From IMG/VR virus record IMGVR_UViG_2814123203_000002, positions 1-64,000 of that record: a stretch of DNA of 64,000 nt; one strand, given 5' to 3'. Below the pieces are notes generated by a model. That model saw only the letters and a program-made list of their open reading frames with translations. It made no database searches and was not told the DNA's origin. Made by a program: the position numbers and the translations under genes. Shown in pieces: positions 29,651 to 41,543 of the stretch; within the stretch, counting starts at the first letter, position 1, and every line of letters starts with the position of its first letter. This DNA is from a virus. Taxonomy: Duplodnaviria; Caudoviricetes.

Positions 29651-29928
29651 CGCTTTTGCGCCTGGAGTCTCGCTCGTGCTTCTTCATCGATTGCAGAAAT
29701 CAGGCGCGAACGTCTAATTTCACCTTTTGTCACTTCCCCTGATTGAATCTCTCTCACCCTTCGAGTGATAGCCTTCTCAAATTCCACCTTTAATTTATCC
29801 AACTCTCTCGCCTCACTTCGTTCTGTATGGAATGGAAAATTTTCTTCTGCTTCTTTTATTTTTTGCTTGATAATGGCTTCGAGTTCTTCCATTGATAATT
29901 TCATTAATTTTTCAACCAAATTACTCAT
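29647..29928 (-). CDS. Hypothetical helical protein
   Basis: GGGAG RBS, 93 aa. Confidence 0.5.
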   Translation of the reverse strand: MSNLVEKLMKLSMEELEAIIKQKIKEAEENFPFHTERSEARELDKLKVEFEKAITRRVREIQSGEVTKGEIRRSRLISAIDEEARARLQAQKR

Positions 29929-30542
29929 GTTTCACACTCCCATACACCTTCATATGATGTGTTCTTCCAGAAGACCCCAACCCTTTTGGACATATTGGAA
30001 AGCTTTTTTTTCATGGTCTGCCGTAATATAGATGGTCCGCGAAATGAATGGGTATTTCTTACTCTCAGAATCTACTAGCGTACCGTTCTCAACCTTCACA
30101 CGGAAGATAAAATATCTCTCCTGAGAATGCCGCTTGCCAACATTGGGGCGCTTTTCTATAACAGTTTACCGGAAGGCCCCCACATCCTTCAGAAAGACCG
30201 GAGCAACAATACTCGGGTTCGGGAATTTCCATTACACCCTACACCCCCGATGTCCGAATCCGCCATCTCTGCTTTATTTGTTTTTTCGTCATTAAATTTT
30301 CTGTTTTTTTATTTATCTATTTTTTGATAAATACTCCTGATAACTTAGCCAAATATTCTCAATATGGCGTCTGGAACGATCTGATGGTTTCATTTGATAT
30401 TGTCGATTACTAAACTCCATTTCCTTTTCATAGTTTTTCAGAAACTCTTTCTCGTATTGAAAAAGCTTCTTTCCCATAAATTTTTCAGTAAATTCGATAA
30501 TACCTAATTTCATCTTTGACACCCGCCTATTCATTATATTTA

Positions 30543-31040
30543 TCATTTAAAATAAATTTCTGGAACTTCTTTATTAAACATTCTAAATAATGCAATTGCT
30601 TTTCCAATAACTTCACTAAAAGAATCAGTTTCCATGCATTTAGCTATTCCAACATAAGATTTAGTAGGCAATATATCTGTTGTTATTTTATAAGTTGCTT
30701 TAATAACTCCCTTTTTCTCATCGTATTCATATTTAATTTGATTTTTATTGATAGGTTGATACATATATGATACTGTTCTATCATATTTGTTAATTGGTAC
30801 TATCACTTTAAGTTGAAATTCAGAAAGTAGATTCTGAATATCTTTTTCTGCACGTAATTCAAGATCGCTATTTACTTTTTTTGTTTCAATATTATCTTTA
30901 TTATTATTTTTATCATTATATTCTAATCTAACTTTGCAAGTTTTTTTCTCTAGTTTTTGATTAATACTCTTTATTACACTAAGCATCTCTTCAGCCAACC
31001 TCTTTTGTTCATTATACATATCCATCATATTCATGGTCAA
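30543..31040 (-). CDS. Hypothetical phage protein
   Basis: GIAKCMETDSFSEVIGKAIA motif; GGAGG RBS. Confidence 0.6.
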   Translation of the reverse strand: MTMNMMDMYNEQKRLAEEMLSVIKSINQKLEKKTCKVRLEYNDKNNNKDNIETKKVNSDLELRAEKDIQNLLSEFQLKVIVPINKYDRTVSYMYQPINKNQIKYEYDEKKGVIKATYKITTDILPTKSYVGIAKCMETDSFSEVIGKAIALFRMFNKEVPEIYFK

Positions 31041-31056
31041 TTTCCTCCAAATTTTA

Positions 31057-32106
31057 TTATTTAGACATATATTCTTTTTTATTTTTTAAAAGATATTTGA
31101 AGACTTTCTTCCCTTTATCGACTGGTGAATCTTTATCTCCTAATAAATTCCATCTATCTAAGGTATAATAAACCTTCCGTCCAATAAACTTTTTACACTG
31201 TTCTTTAATATCTTTTTCCTTTTTATCTTTATCATAACAAAGCATAATATCTATATCTAAACCAAAACTCTTAATTAAATTGACTTGCTCTAAAGAAATG
31301 TCATCCCCCTCAAAGCTAGAGACATTTTTAATGCCATACTGCCAGCTTTTGAAAATACTTTTATATCCTTCAAAAAGAATAATCTGTTTTTCTTTTGAAA
31401 TAAATGGCAATGTTTTGTGTAAACCAAACAATTCAATACTCTTATTTAGATTATATAAATACAAATATTTAAATTCATTGTCATCCATAGCTCTTCCTTT
31501 AATACCAAGCAATTCACCGTTAATGTTTCTAATTGGTGTGATAACTCTATGAGTTGACCAGTCGTAACCTACTTCCCACTCTTTTTGTGTATTTATATTT
31601 ATTCCTTCATCTACCCATTTTTTATATGGAATAAATAAATAACTTTTTAATATATCTTCATCAATAACTTTATTGGGTTTTGTATCAATAGTATTTCTAC
31701 TTTTCTTCCTCTTTTTTTTAATTTCTCTTAACCACTCGTTTAGATTGTTTTTATTTTGAATTTCCTCATCACTATAAAGCAATTCCTGATATTTTAAGAG
31801 TGAAACAATCCACATTTTAGAATCATGAAGACTACTTCTCATTTCTTCCTGAGTAAAAGAATTAAATTTTATATAAGATACAATATTAAAAATATCTCCT
31901 TTAACACCTTTTGATCTAATTCTAGAATACAGATGTTCATTGTTTCTTACTTGTACTGATCTTTTGTTATCACCGTCAGGAAGGGCTGCAACAATTAATT
32001 CTCCACCTTGTTCGTAATGGATGTTGTGACAATCAAGAGCGTCAAGTATATATTCAATCTTCTCATCTTTGAATATTTTATTCTTTATGACTTCTAAATC
32101 GCCCAT
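31057..32106 (-). CDS. Phage DNA primase (YorJ-like)
   Basis: TOPRIM motifs FEGYKS and YDKD; next to the helicase. Confidence 0.85.
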   Translation of the reverse strand: MGDLEVIKNKIFKDEKIEYILDALDCHNIHYEQGGELIVAALPDGDNKRSVQVRNNEHLYSRIRSKGVKGDIFNIVSYIKFNSFTQEEMRSSLHDSKMWIVSLLKYQELLYSDEEIQNKNNLNEWLREIKKKRKKSRNTIDTKPNKVIDEDILKSYLFIPYKKWVDEGININTQKEWEVGYDWSTHRVITPIRNINGELLGIKGRAMDDNEFKYLYLYNLNKSIELFGLHKTLPFISKEKQIILFEGYKSIFKSWQYGIKNVSSFEGDDISLEQVNLIKSFGLDIDIMLCYDKDKKEKDIKEQCKKFIGRKVYYTLDRWNLLGDKDSPVDKGKKVFKYLLKNKKEYMSK

Positions 32107-32134
32107 GATTTTACCTCATTTGACCATTAATTTA

Positions 32135-32467
32135 TTATATTTTTCCTTTTAGTATTGTAATCGATCCTCCCGCGTATAAGTCACCTTTTACATTGTAACA
32201 AGTTACTGATCCTCTACAATTAACATCCCCAGAAATATTGCCACAATTAATTGATCCATTTGCATCTACATTTCCATTAATGTCCCCGTTAACAATGATG
32301 CTTCCTTTAGAATTTAAGTTTGCTAAAACGCCATCAAATTTAATTGTAACTTCACCAGATAAATTTTTCTCAATGAGTTTTCCATTTACATATACGTTAT
32401 TATTCTCAACTACAATATTTGAGCCGTTAACATTATAGCTTCTTCCGTTAATAATAATTGTACTCAT
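32135..32467 (-). CDS. Gly/Asn/Val-rich beta-solenoid-like protein
   Basis: Repeated GDINGNVDANGS / GDVNCRGS units. Confidence 0.6.
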   Translation of the reverse strand: MSTIIINGRSYNVNGSNIVVENNNVYVNGKLIEKNLSGEVTIKFDGVLANLNSKGSIIVNGDINGNVDANGSINCGNISGDVNCRGSVTCYNVKGDLYAGGSITILKGKI

Positions 32468-32479
32468 CTTTTCACTTCC

Positions 32480-34036
32480 TTAATAATTTCTATCGTCTTG
32501 CACATAGCAAAAACCGACTTCTTTCCATGTATTATTGTTTAAATTCACCTTAAAAATAAGAATTTCTTGTCCATTTTTATTATCCTTACCTCGTCTATTC
32601 TTTGGAGTAAAGAGTAAATAATATTGATTTATAAATTCATTTCCTTCATCATCTATTTCAACTCTCTTCAACTTAAATTTTTTTTTCACATAACCTTTAT
32701 CTCCATTTTTTGATTTCACCCATCTCCATGCCTCTATTTCATTGTCTCCGCCTTCGTATTCATCATCCCATAATGATCTTCCCATAAATACAACATCAGC
32801 TTCGTTTTTGATTTTTTTTGATTCTCCAAAAGCATGTTCATTCAAGAATCTTCTTGTTAATGCCATATCAGATAATTGAACATTTACCCACATTCGTAGA
32901 TTCAAACCATTACCATTTGCTCTCGCTAATTTATATAGCTCTTTAAAATCATCAGTAATTATTTCCCATCTTGGTTTATTTCCAACATTTTCCGATGGCT
33001 TTCCTGTATCAATTAAAACACTTCTGTATCCACGATTAGCATATCTTTTTACAATTTTCTTTACATCCTTCATTACATAGTCTTCCATAAATACAAAAGC
33101 TATAAGTTTACTATTCCCTTCAGATATTTCTTCAACCCACTCTATCGCCTTCTTTAATTTTCCTTCTTCATTAGATGTAAAATTTCCTTCGTTTAATCTT
33201 TGTCTTTTAAGAATCTCCTTTGTTCCAACTCCTAAAGCAGTAACCAGAAGCAATTTTTTAAAATCTTTAACTGACTGTTCATTTGCAATTACAAGAAGCT
33301 TTTCTTTGTTTTCAATACACGACATAATAAATTTGTTGAAAACAAAAGAGGTTTTTCCACTTCCTCCAAAACCACCATATATCGTAAGTGTACCTAAATC
33401 AATACCCGTAGTTATATTTGTCATATGTTTACTTTTATAATATGGCAATCCTATATCTGGGTTTTTATCCCACTCTTTGATGTCTTGATGGAGATTTTCA
33501 AGAAGATAGTATTCATCATAATTACTATCACTATCAAGTCCAATTTGATTTACTATATCGCTCCAATATATAAATAGCTGTTCCTTTGTCATTTTGCGGT
33601 AGTTGTATTTCTCGGTTTCCTTTAAAACTCTTTCGCCAAAAAGTTTATAAAGTTTTTGAAGGATAGCGTATTTTTTTACATCAGAGTAATATCCCTCTAA
33701 ATTATCTTGTAAATTTTCAACTTCATCCATAACTTCTGTTATCGTCTCAAATCCACCATATCTATCAAATCTTTTTTCAAACCCAAGCTCTTTAACATGT
33801 TTAATGACTGATATATCATCGAAAACCGTAATTCCTTTTTCGTACATATATCTTCCCAAATCAAAGAAGAAGCCCCACTCTTTATTTAAAAAGGTTTTAT
33901 CATTTATTTTTTCTTTGTCGTACATATTGTAATTGTCAGGAAAGCACCAAAATAATGCTGTTAAATACGCTTCTGATATTTTTACCTCTTTTCTTTGTTT
34001 CTCTAGACCGTCAGGTTTTTTCTTATTAACTGCCAT
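32480..34036 (-). CDS. DnaB-like replicative helicase (YorI-like)
   Basis: Walker A GFGGSGKTS, ANEQ, IDT, KNRRG arginine finger. Confidence 0.88.
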   Translation of the reverse strand: MAVNKKKPDGLEKQRKEVKISEAYLTALFWCFPDNYNMYDKEKINDKTFLNKEWGFFFDLGRYMYEKGITVFDDISVIKHVKELGFEKRFDRYGGFETITEVMDEVENLQDNLEGYYSDVKKYAILQKLYKLFGERVLKETEKYNYRKMTKEQLFIYWSDIVNQIGLDSDSNYDEYYLLENLHQDIKEWDKNPDIGLPYYKSKHMTNITTGIDLGTLTIYGGFGGSGKTSFVFNKFIMSCIENKEKLLVIANEQSVKDFKKLLLVTALGVGTKEILKRQRLNEGNFTSNEEGKLKKAIEWVEEISEGNSKLIAFVFMEDYVMKDVKKIVKRYANRGYRSVLIDTGKPSENVGNKPRWEIITDDFKELYKLARANGNGLNLRMWVNVQLSDMALTRRFLNEHAFGESKKIKNEADVVFMGRSLWDDEYEGGDNEIEAWRWVKSKNGDKGYVKKKFKLKRVEIDDEGNEFINQYYLLFTPKNRRGKDNKNGQEILIFKVNLNNNTWKEVGFCYVQDDRNY

Positions 34037-34045
34037 TCAACCACC

Positions 34046-34648
34046 CTAATCCAAAAATTCGCTAATATCATTGGTGACTTTTTTCTTTTTGTACTCTATT
34101 GATCTATTATTAAAATCAATATCCTCCATACTTTGGCTTAAGTTGGCCTTTTTATCAGTTAGTTCTTTATTTTTTCTTGACTTCTCATTTCTTTTTTTAA
34201 CAATGTAAATTTTATCTACGACGATAGCAAAACAATATTTTAACTCGTTTAATGTACCCTCAAATTTCTTTTTTTTAGCTGCTCTAATTACTTTTTCGCA
34301 GTATTTATATGTTTCTTCAATAAGATTATAATTAAATCCAGCTTTATATAGTGCTTTTTTCCTATTTTGTTTGAAGTTTCCGTTTCTCAAAGGTTGTAAA
34401 TAATCTCTAAAAAAGACATGAGGAACTGAATCAATTTCATGGATTCTTTTTATTGTATCATTAAGACTATCTAGTTCGTTACGCTCCTTTAATAAAAATT
34501 CTTTTTCTTGAACTGATTTTTCCCAACACTCACCATGATGATAATATTTTCTGTATTTATTTCCACTATCAGATATTGTCTCATCACATTTCATTTCGTT
34601 TATAGGAGACTTTTTCAAACATGTTCTGCAAATTACTTGTCTAGGCAT
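34046..34648 (-). CDS. Replication-associated protein (YorH-like, possible helicase loader)
   Basis: N-terminal CxxC...HxxC; directly upstream of the helicase as in SPbeta. Confidence 0.55.
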   Translation of the reverse strand: MPRQVICRTCLKKSPINEMKCDETISDSGNKYRKYYHHGECWEKSVQEKEFLLKERNELDSLNDTIKRIHEIDSVPHVFFRDYLQPLRNGNFKQNRKKALYKAGFNYNLIEETYKYCEKVIRAAKKKKFEGTLNELKYCFAIVVDKIYIVKKRNEKSRKNKELTDKKANLSQSMEDIDFNNRSIEYKKKKVTNDISEFLD

Positions 34649-34667
34649 ACATAATCACCTTATCACA

Positions 34668-34973
34668 TTATTGAATGAACTTTTCCAATTCTTTTTGAAG
34701 TGCATTATTCATTCTTATTTTTTCATCTACAGTATCACATCTAAGTGTAATTACATTAATTTTATGTCTTAAATTTTCAACTTGAGTAGTTAATTCCTCA
34801 ATATTCCTATATGCTTCCTCTCTAGCAATCTCTAATGATTTATTTGCTTGATTTAATACTTCCTTAGCCTTATAAATCATGTTAAAAGCATTTCCTTCTT
34901 CTTCAGTTATTTTTTCAATCTTATCGAATAAAGTGCCATTTGATTTTACTTTAAAAATCCGTTTAAAGATCAT
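34668..34973 (-). CDS. Coiled-coil hypothetical protein
   Basis: GGGAG RBS, heptad pattern. Confidence 0.5.
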   Translation of the reverse strand: MIFKRIFKVKSNGTLFDKIEKITEEEGNAFNMIYKAKEVLNQANKSLEIAREEAYRNIEELTTQVENLRHKINVITLRCDTVDEKIRMNNALQKELEKFIQ

Positions 34974-35252
34974 TCTTTTTTACTCCCTTTCATTTATAAT
35001 TTAATTTTTAATTTATTCTTTTTTATAACCTCTGCCAATATAATATTTTCTGTTAAATCATTGATTGATTCAGCAAAAGCATACGGTGTAATTTCTCCAG
35101 TAATTTTCAATAAAGCATATCCATCATCGTTAGGAACAACAAAGTACATTTTATTATAAATATCTAATATCATATCTCCAACTTCGATTGAAGACAACAT
35201 AGAGAAAGTTTTCATTTTTCACCTTCGCTTTTTATTATATATTACATTAGTA

Positions 35253-36719
35253 TTAATAACCTGTCAAGAATAACTTTTTAACTTCCATCCATTTATCAAT
35301 AAATTCTTTTTCTCGTTCATCAGGTAACCTATTATATCTACCTTTTACCTGTTTAATATCTCTATTTTTAATTTCGACAGTTAACAATGATTGCTCTTTA
35401 TTTTCATACTGTCTAATAAAATATATTTGTCTTCTCTTTTCAATTACATCGTCAACATAACTAGCTACACAATGGGAAAGCATGCTTCCTTCATTAATTA
35501 TATCCTCTGCATCTTTTGGTGAAATTACTATATACTTCATTATTTTATTTTCATATTCATAACTTTTATACTCATCAGTACCTACAATTTCAGTTACTTT
35601 TCTGTTTTTTATTTCACTTTTAGCAGCATTATAATTCATTAATGCTATGTCATGCATCTTTTTTAGAGAAGAAGGATACTTTTCCCCTTCTTTTTCCATT
35701 TGCGAACACATTCTCCTATAATCTTTCAATAGTGTTAAAGCTTCGATTGGATTAGTTAGTCCTTGTTGGAATTTCACATCTCGGGTGATATATAAGGCCA
35801 ATTTTCTCATATCTTTGTACTTATAGGTTTTTATTAGATATATAAGATCATTAACACATCTTGAAAATGATCTTATATCACTTTCTTCTATAAAACTTTC
35901 AAATAGGTTTTTATAGTTATTTCCGTTTATTTCCTTTGATATTAGATCACCAAGGTACGATATACCTTCTATATCCTTAAGTAGTTTAAACATGTATTTT
36001 GGAACACCAAGAATTTTATGGGGTCTACTTGTATTTATTTTTTTCGCTGAAGATGTTAGTACATCTTTTTCATTAAAAACATATCTTATATCCCTAAAAC
36101 CACATGAATAAAATATTTCAATAATTGGATATCCAAAAAGTCTTTGAATAGCTCTTGTAAATAAATTAATTTTTTCATATTTCATTTTGGCAAAATGATC
36201 AATTGTATATTCAAATAATTTATAACTTTGATCTGTGCTTATCAAATCTAACAATTCTCTTTTTGACATTCTATTAAATAAACTATCTAGATTATAATTG
36301 TTTTCCTTACTACCGTTTTTATAACATTCTAATATTTTTTTCCCTAGATCAAATTTAACTTCAATTACGTAAGTTTCTTCTAACTCAAATTTACAATTAT
36401 CAAAGTACAATTTATATCCATCTTCATGAATTCTAATATGAAATCTTTTATCGTCTTTTTGCAAACATTCCTTAGATCTTATTATCCTTACTCTAGAAAA
36501 CAACTTATTTTTTTTAGTTTGATGCTTCGCTTCAGTATTACAATTTTCGCATCTATATGAATTCCAAATACGATTGCGAGTCGTGGTTCCACAAGAGCAA
36601 TAAATTGTCTTAAAATTCCTTTCTCGCGTATAAGCAGCTATGTTTTGACATTTAGTTTTAATCTCTTCAGGCAATACAATACACCACCATGTTTTTAAAT
36701 TAAATTGATGTTTTATCAA
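35253..36719 (-). CDS. PcfJ domain-containing protein
   Basis: EGSMLSHCVASY, LLTVEI, QVKGRYN. Confidence 0.85.
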   Translation of the reverse strand: MIKHQFNLKTWWCIVLPEEIKTKCQNIAAYTRERNFKTIYCSCGTTTRNRIWNSYRCENCNTEAKHQTKKNKLFSRVRIIRSKECLQKDDKRFHIRIHEDGYKLYFDNCKFELEETYVIEVKFDLGKKILECYKNGSKENNYNLDSLFNRMSKRELLDLISTDQSYKLFEYTIDHFAKMKYEKINLFTRAIQRLFGYPIIEIFYSCGFRDIRYVFNEKDVLTSSAKKINTSRPHKILGVPKYMFKLLKDIEGISYLGDLISKEINGNNYKNLFESFIEESDIRSFSRCVNDLIYLIKTYKYKDMRKLALYITRDVKFQQGLTNPIEALTLLKDYRRMCSQMEKEGEKYPSSLKKMHDIALMNYNAAKSEIKNRKVTEIVGTDEYKSYEYENKIMKYIVISPKDAEDIINEGSMLSHCVASYVDDVIEKRRQIYFIRQYENKEQSLLTVEIKNRDIKQVKGRYNRLPDEREKEFIDKWMEVKKLFLTGY

Positions 36720-37300
36720 GAAAAATTACAATTTAAATCTTTTCTATAATCAATTGAGTTTACAAGTTTATTTATTTGTACCATAACATCTTTATTAAGA
36801 ATTACTGAACTTGCTCTTTTCCCTTCTATTTCAGATTTAATTGCTTTCTTTTGAGTATCTAACAACTTTAATTTCTCATTTAAAGCTTTAATTTCAACAT
36901 CAATTGCATCTAATTTAGTTTCTTTTTCCTCAATAAAATCTTCCATACTCTTCTCTTCTATTGAAATTTGATCGTTTATCTGTAAAATTTTATTCATAAT
37001 ACTGTTGATGATAATTTTGTCTATCTCATATCCAAATGTAAAATCAACATTAAAAATAGTAACCAAACAAGTATTTTGGGAATCTGTTATAAGTATGTGA
37101 TTATCTTGAATGTAATAATTCCTTACTGTACTATCTCCTAATTGTCCATGATATAGAAAAGTAGAATGACTATACATTTTTAAAGCATGTTCTTGAATCC
37201 TCTCTTTATTCTTTTGAATATATTGTTTAATGTTCTTATCGTCCTTCATTTCGAGAATTCGCTGACAATATCTAAAGTAGAAGTGGTTGCTAATATTCAT
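36716..37300 (-). CDS. Hypothetical protein with coiled-coil C-terminus
   Basis: AGGAGAG RBS, 194 aa. Confidence 0.6.
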   Translation of the reverse strand: MNISNHFYFRYCQRILEMKDDKNIKQYIQKNKERIQEHALKMYSHSTFLYHGQLGDSTVRNYYIQDNHILITDSQNTCLVTIFNVDFTFGYEIDKIIINSIMNKILQINDQISIEEKSMEDFIEEKETKLDAIDVEIKALNEKLKLLDTQKKAIKSEIEGKRASSVILNKDVMVQINKLVNSIDYRKDLNCNFS

Positions 37301-37636
37301 TTTATCTCTCCTTAATTTTTAAAATATGATAAATTACCAACCAAATGAAAATGGTACATATACTTGTATTTGTGTTCTAAACACCTTCCTCAAATCTGTT
37401 TGAGGTTGTAAATAATCAGTTTCAGTTACTCTAATCAAATATCTCCATTCGTGTTTTTCTGCTTTTACTCCTCTATGAATTGTTCACCAATCCCACTCTG
37501 AGACAGTACATGTTGGAGTTTTAATAATATCTAGTTTATTTTTTACTTTATTATCTTCAATCTGCTGATTAATTAAAGTATATAATTCTGCGAGGGCTCA
37601 TCTGGTACTTCTAACTCAATTTGATCTTTTATAAAT

Positions 37637-38143
37637 TCAGTTAAACACCTTTTTAAATTCATTCTCCTTGAAATTTATCCCTTCATCATTAATAAGAGGT
37701 ACAATAGTCTCACGTTTTCTTTCAATTTTATTCCCTTCAATGTCAAAAAGCTCGATGTTCTGAATACTTCCAAATGTCGGAATTTGGTTATTATCTTTAA
37801 GCCACTCTATGAAAAAACTATTTAACTTATCTTCCAAATTTTTTATTTTATTTTTTTCTACATTTAACAACCATTCTTCTGCTATTTCTCCACAAGCATT
37901 ATGGGCATTCTGTACTACTTGTTCTATTACCCATTCTGCATAAATTTTAGGTTTATGAATTACAACTTGACCAACATTAAAATATCTATCTTTCTCTTCC
38001 TCTTTTTCTTCATTTATCTTACTATTCAAAAGTTTTATTCCAAATTCAATTGCCTCTTCTTTTGTATCATAATAGTCATCACACCAATTATCATAACCAA
38101 CAATCTCGAACTTCCATTTTCCATTTGCACTAACTATAGACAT
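37637..38143 (-). CDS. Hypothetical phage protein
   Basis: GAGGTG RBS; YDTKEEAI motif common in small phage proteins. Confidence 0.55.
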   Translation of the reverse strand: MSIVSANGKWKFEIVGYDNWCDDYYDTKEEAIEFGIKLLNSKINEEKEEEKDRYFNVGQVVIHKPKIYAEWVIEQVVQNAHNACGEIAEEWLLNVEKNKIKNLEDKLNSFFIEWLKDNNQIPTFGSIQNIELFDIEGNKIERKRETIVPLINDEGINFKENEFKKVFN

Positions 38144-38259
38144 TTCTAATTCACACCTCTTTTTTTAACAATTTCTTATATTTCTTTGAACTTCTCTTTT
38201 GTACTAGTCCCCATCTTTTTCCTAGTTAAGTTCAACATCTTTCATCCTCTATGTCTCCC

Positions 38260-38571
38260 CTAACAAAGAAACACGTTTTTTGCTTTGTTAAATGTTTTTG
38301 CAATTTCCTCGATACGATCATATAAAACAAAGGTTCTTTCACCTTCAATCATTTCAACTTTCTGTATGTGTTGCTTCTTATCAAAGAAATAATTTGTTCT
38401 TATTGTTTTCCCCTCATCCACAAATTTGACTTCAGCACATAAACCGTCTAAATACGTATTGAAATTAACAGACAAGTAATCTGGATCTGTTAGATTTTCC
38501 AAAAGGTCATTTGGCCAAATTGTGTTTTTGAAAACTACATCGTGCAATTCTTTTATTAAGTCAGATTTCAT
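38260..38571 (-). CDS. Hypothetical phage protein
   Basis: Coupled ORF, 103 aa. Confidence 0.55.
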   Translation of the reverse strand: MKSDLIKELHDVVFKNTIWPNDLLENLTDPDYLSVNFNTYLDGLCAEVKFVDEGKTIRTNYFFDKKQHIQKVEMIEGERTFVLYDRIEEIAKTFNKAKNVFLC

Positions 38572-39075
38572 ATTTGTCCTTTGTCACCTCTAATTCTTTA
38601 AGAGTCTTATAAATATGATGAGCAGCGTTATCGGCTGCGAATTCAGCATCTCCCCACGCAAGTATCTCCCTTATTTTCAGTAAACTGTTAATAAGATGTC
38701 GTTCCCGTTTAAAACAATCTTCTAACTCTGACTGCAACTTGGTTACCTTTTCTTCAAGAGGCAAGTAGTACTCACAATAGAAGCAAAACTCATCAGTATG
38801 ACACATACAAAAATTACTCATCCTTTTTCCCTCTCTTCCCCTATCGCGCATCGTTTTTATTATGGCTTTAAGCATTACATCACAGATCCAAGATAATTTT
38901 GGTTCCTCTGACCAATAGTTCAAGAGAATCTACAACTTCTTTGATATCACTCATTTCTATTTGAAGCCTGTTCGCCTTTTCCTCCGCTGCATCGGCACGA
39001 GCTTTTTCAGTTTGGTACTTCCTCTTGAGATCTTCTATACGTAGCCATTGTTCTTCCAGTTGAGTAATAGCGGAC

Positions 39076-39486
39076 TTATGATTCATCCTCTATACCTCCT
39101 AACAAATGAGGGTGTTCATATATGTTGCCAATAACCTTATGATAACTTGACCCAAATTCTAAATCTTTCAATTTTCCAGATACGTGATGTAAAACAAATC
39201 TCCCAGAAGTAAATATAACCGAACCCACAAATTTCCGCATACCGTTGAAATGTCCTGATTCTGTATAGCCCATCTCTTCCGAAGCTATGATATCTCCCTC
39301 ATATATTTCAATTCCGTTGGTGTCATAGAGTCCGGTAAATTGATCTACTGTTTCAGAATCTACTAGCCAGTTTTCATTATCCATCCATATTACATGGTGC
39401 TCTAAAATAGCACCGTACAAATAAAAACCATACACCCATTCTCCGTTATCGATACGTTTACCCCGAAACTTGATTGGTCTACTCAT
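39076..39486 (-). CDS. YopX family protein
   Basis: RPIKFRG, QFTGLYDTNGIEIYEGDI, VIGNIYEHPHLL. Confidence 0.9.
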   Translation of the reverse strand: MSRPIKFRGKRIDNGEWVYGFYLYGAILEHHVIWMDNENWLVDSETVDQFTGLYDTNGIEIYEGDIIASEEMGYTESGHFNGMRKFVGSVIFTSGRFVLHHVSGKLKDLEFGSSYHKVIGNIYEHPHLLGGIEDES

Positions 39487-41011
39487 CAAACCCTCCAACT
39501 TTTTTCAAGACGTTCTACCCATTCGTCATCATTATTCCAACGATTTACTGCATACTTTACAGAACTAACCGTTCTAACTTGTTTACCGTCATGGAATGCA
39601 CAATTAATGTACTCGGCAATTTCTTTTAAAGGTACTTGTTCTTCGTAATCTATAGCAATTTGTTCTGCTTCAAGATACGTGTATTTATTCATCCTCTGTA
39701 CCTCCTAATCTCAGCTCAATTTCATCAACTCTAACTCTCTCATATCCCATTCATCATATTCGTAGTTTGTTTTTCGCCATAATGCTACTGAAGCTTCTAT
39801 TAGGATTCTTTCCGTTTCGCCGAAGTTTTTTGGATTTTTATTTATTTCTATCGGACGACTTTGGTATTCCAAGTGATCGCCTTTTTTAGCTAAATATTTG
39901 CTTTTCCTATACTCCTTAATGTGTTGATCAAACCGGATTCTGGCATTTTGTTTATTCAAGTAATATTCTTCTTCAATCCGAAAGCCCATCATGTTTTCCT
40001 TTGTCACCTTGTATGCTTTCACCCCTATTCATCCCTTTCCCATACTACTTCCATTTTTAACGTTCCAGCTTCAATTGCTTTTCCGATTAAAGACAGGTCA
40101 AACTCTTTTTCCGCTTTAACATCCGTTCTCACTCCTCCAATAGTCTTCGATAGCATCTTTTACATCTGCTTCATACCTTGTATTTTTACTCAGCACTTCT
40201 AGCATTTCGATGAGATAGGCATTTTAGCCTTTCCATCCATGTCCATTTGTGATTTTATTGATAAATCCATAATTTTTCCCGGTTTACCTTTTGCTAGTTT
40301 GTCATTGTCCATTCTTCACAACTCCTTTAAAGCTTCGTTCGCAAGCATCCACATACACGAAGCGTCCGCGCCAGTATATTTCAAGTTGTCGTATTGGATA
40401 GATACGATTGCTTCTAGCGCTCCTCTCAATCTCTTGTTTTCTTCCTGATATTTCAACCCTAATTCTATGGTCGATTTTAATTCTGCGTCCTTTACTTTCA
40501 ATTCCATTTTTATTGTTTTATATTCGAGTAGTATCCATAAAATTGATTCATTTATTTCATCTACCTCCATCAATCCTAACCCTTCTTTCCCACTACTCCG
40601 TCTTCAATCCAAAATCCACCATGTACTTGATGTGATCTCGTGCAGTTTTTTCGGTGACGCCCATGGTGATTCTCCGTTTCTGAAATTAGTTTTTGAACAA
40701 CATTGTTCACTTTTTCCAAAGATTCTATATGATCTGGTGTTCCTCTTTCTCTAGCTTCATCTAGCTGCTGTCCCAGGCTATTCTGTATACTATACAAAGA
40801 CTGCATAAATAAATCAGACTTCTTCTTATTTTTCATTTTTCTTTCCGCTCCATTAACAATCGTTCCAATTCCCGCCCTGCTTTGCGTAAATTGCGAAGGG
40901 TGCAGATATTAACACATAGCGTATATACGGCAATACATGCGGTAATGATTGCGAGTATGGTTACGTACATGGTAAAGACCTCCTTAAAAATAATTCGATT
41001 TAGTTGTTGTC

Positions 41012-41042
41012 TAACCACATTTCATTTAAGGCATCGATAAAT
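41012..41042. repeat. 31-bp exact direct repeat, second copy at 41850-41880
   Basis: TAACCACATTTCATTTAAGGCATCGATAAAT at both sites. Confidence 0.9.
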
Positions 41043-41543
41043 ATAAACAAACCCAAACAAAAGCTAACAAGAATAAACACTATCCCATAGGCTATATCTT
41101 TCACGCTTTCACCTATACTCTCTAACCAAATGAGAAATTAGCAGCACAAGTAATACTATATGGGCTTGTACTACATCTAATTCAATTCCGAAAATAAAGT
41201 ATACAACTACACCTATAATGGCACCCGCAACTAAAATGCTTGAATAACATAACGCAACCCAAAATAGGGATAAAAGGAATAGATTTATATCTTCTCGCAT
41301 GTCAGCTCCGATAAAAACTCATTCATATCCTGAATAACAAGCACACCGTCAAAATACGAGTCCCTATTAACAACGGATTGCCAAGATGTAGAATCGGTTT
41401 GGATTTTATGAATGCCAAGCATACCCTTAGCTTCTGCCGCAAATGTCCTAAGCATCTCCTTATCAAGCTTCCCATCGGATGCATAATGCCAAGCGATGCG
41501 ACGGCTGCCGACGCTTCCTAGTGCGATAAAATGGAACGCCATA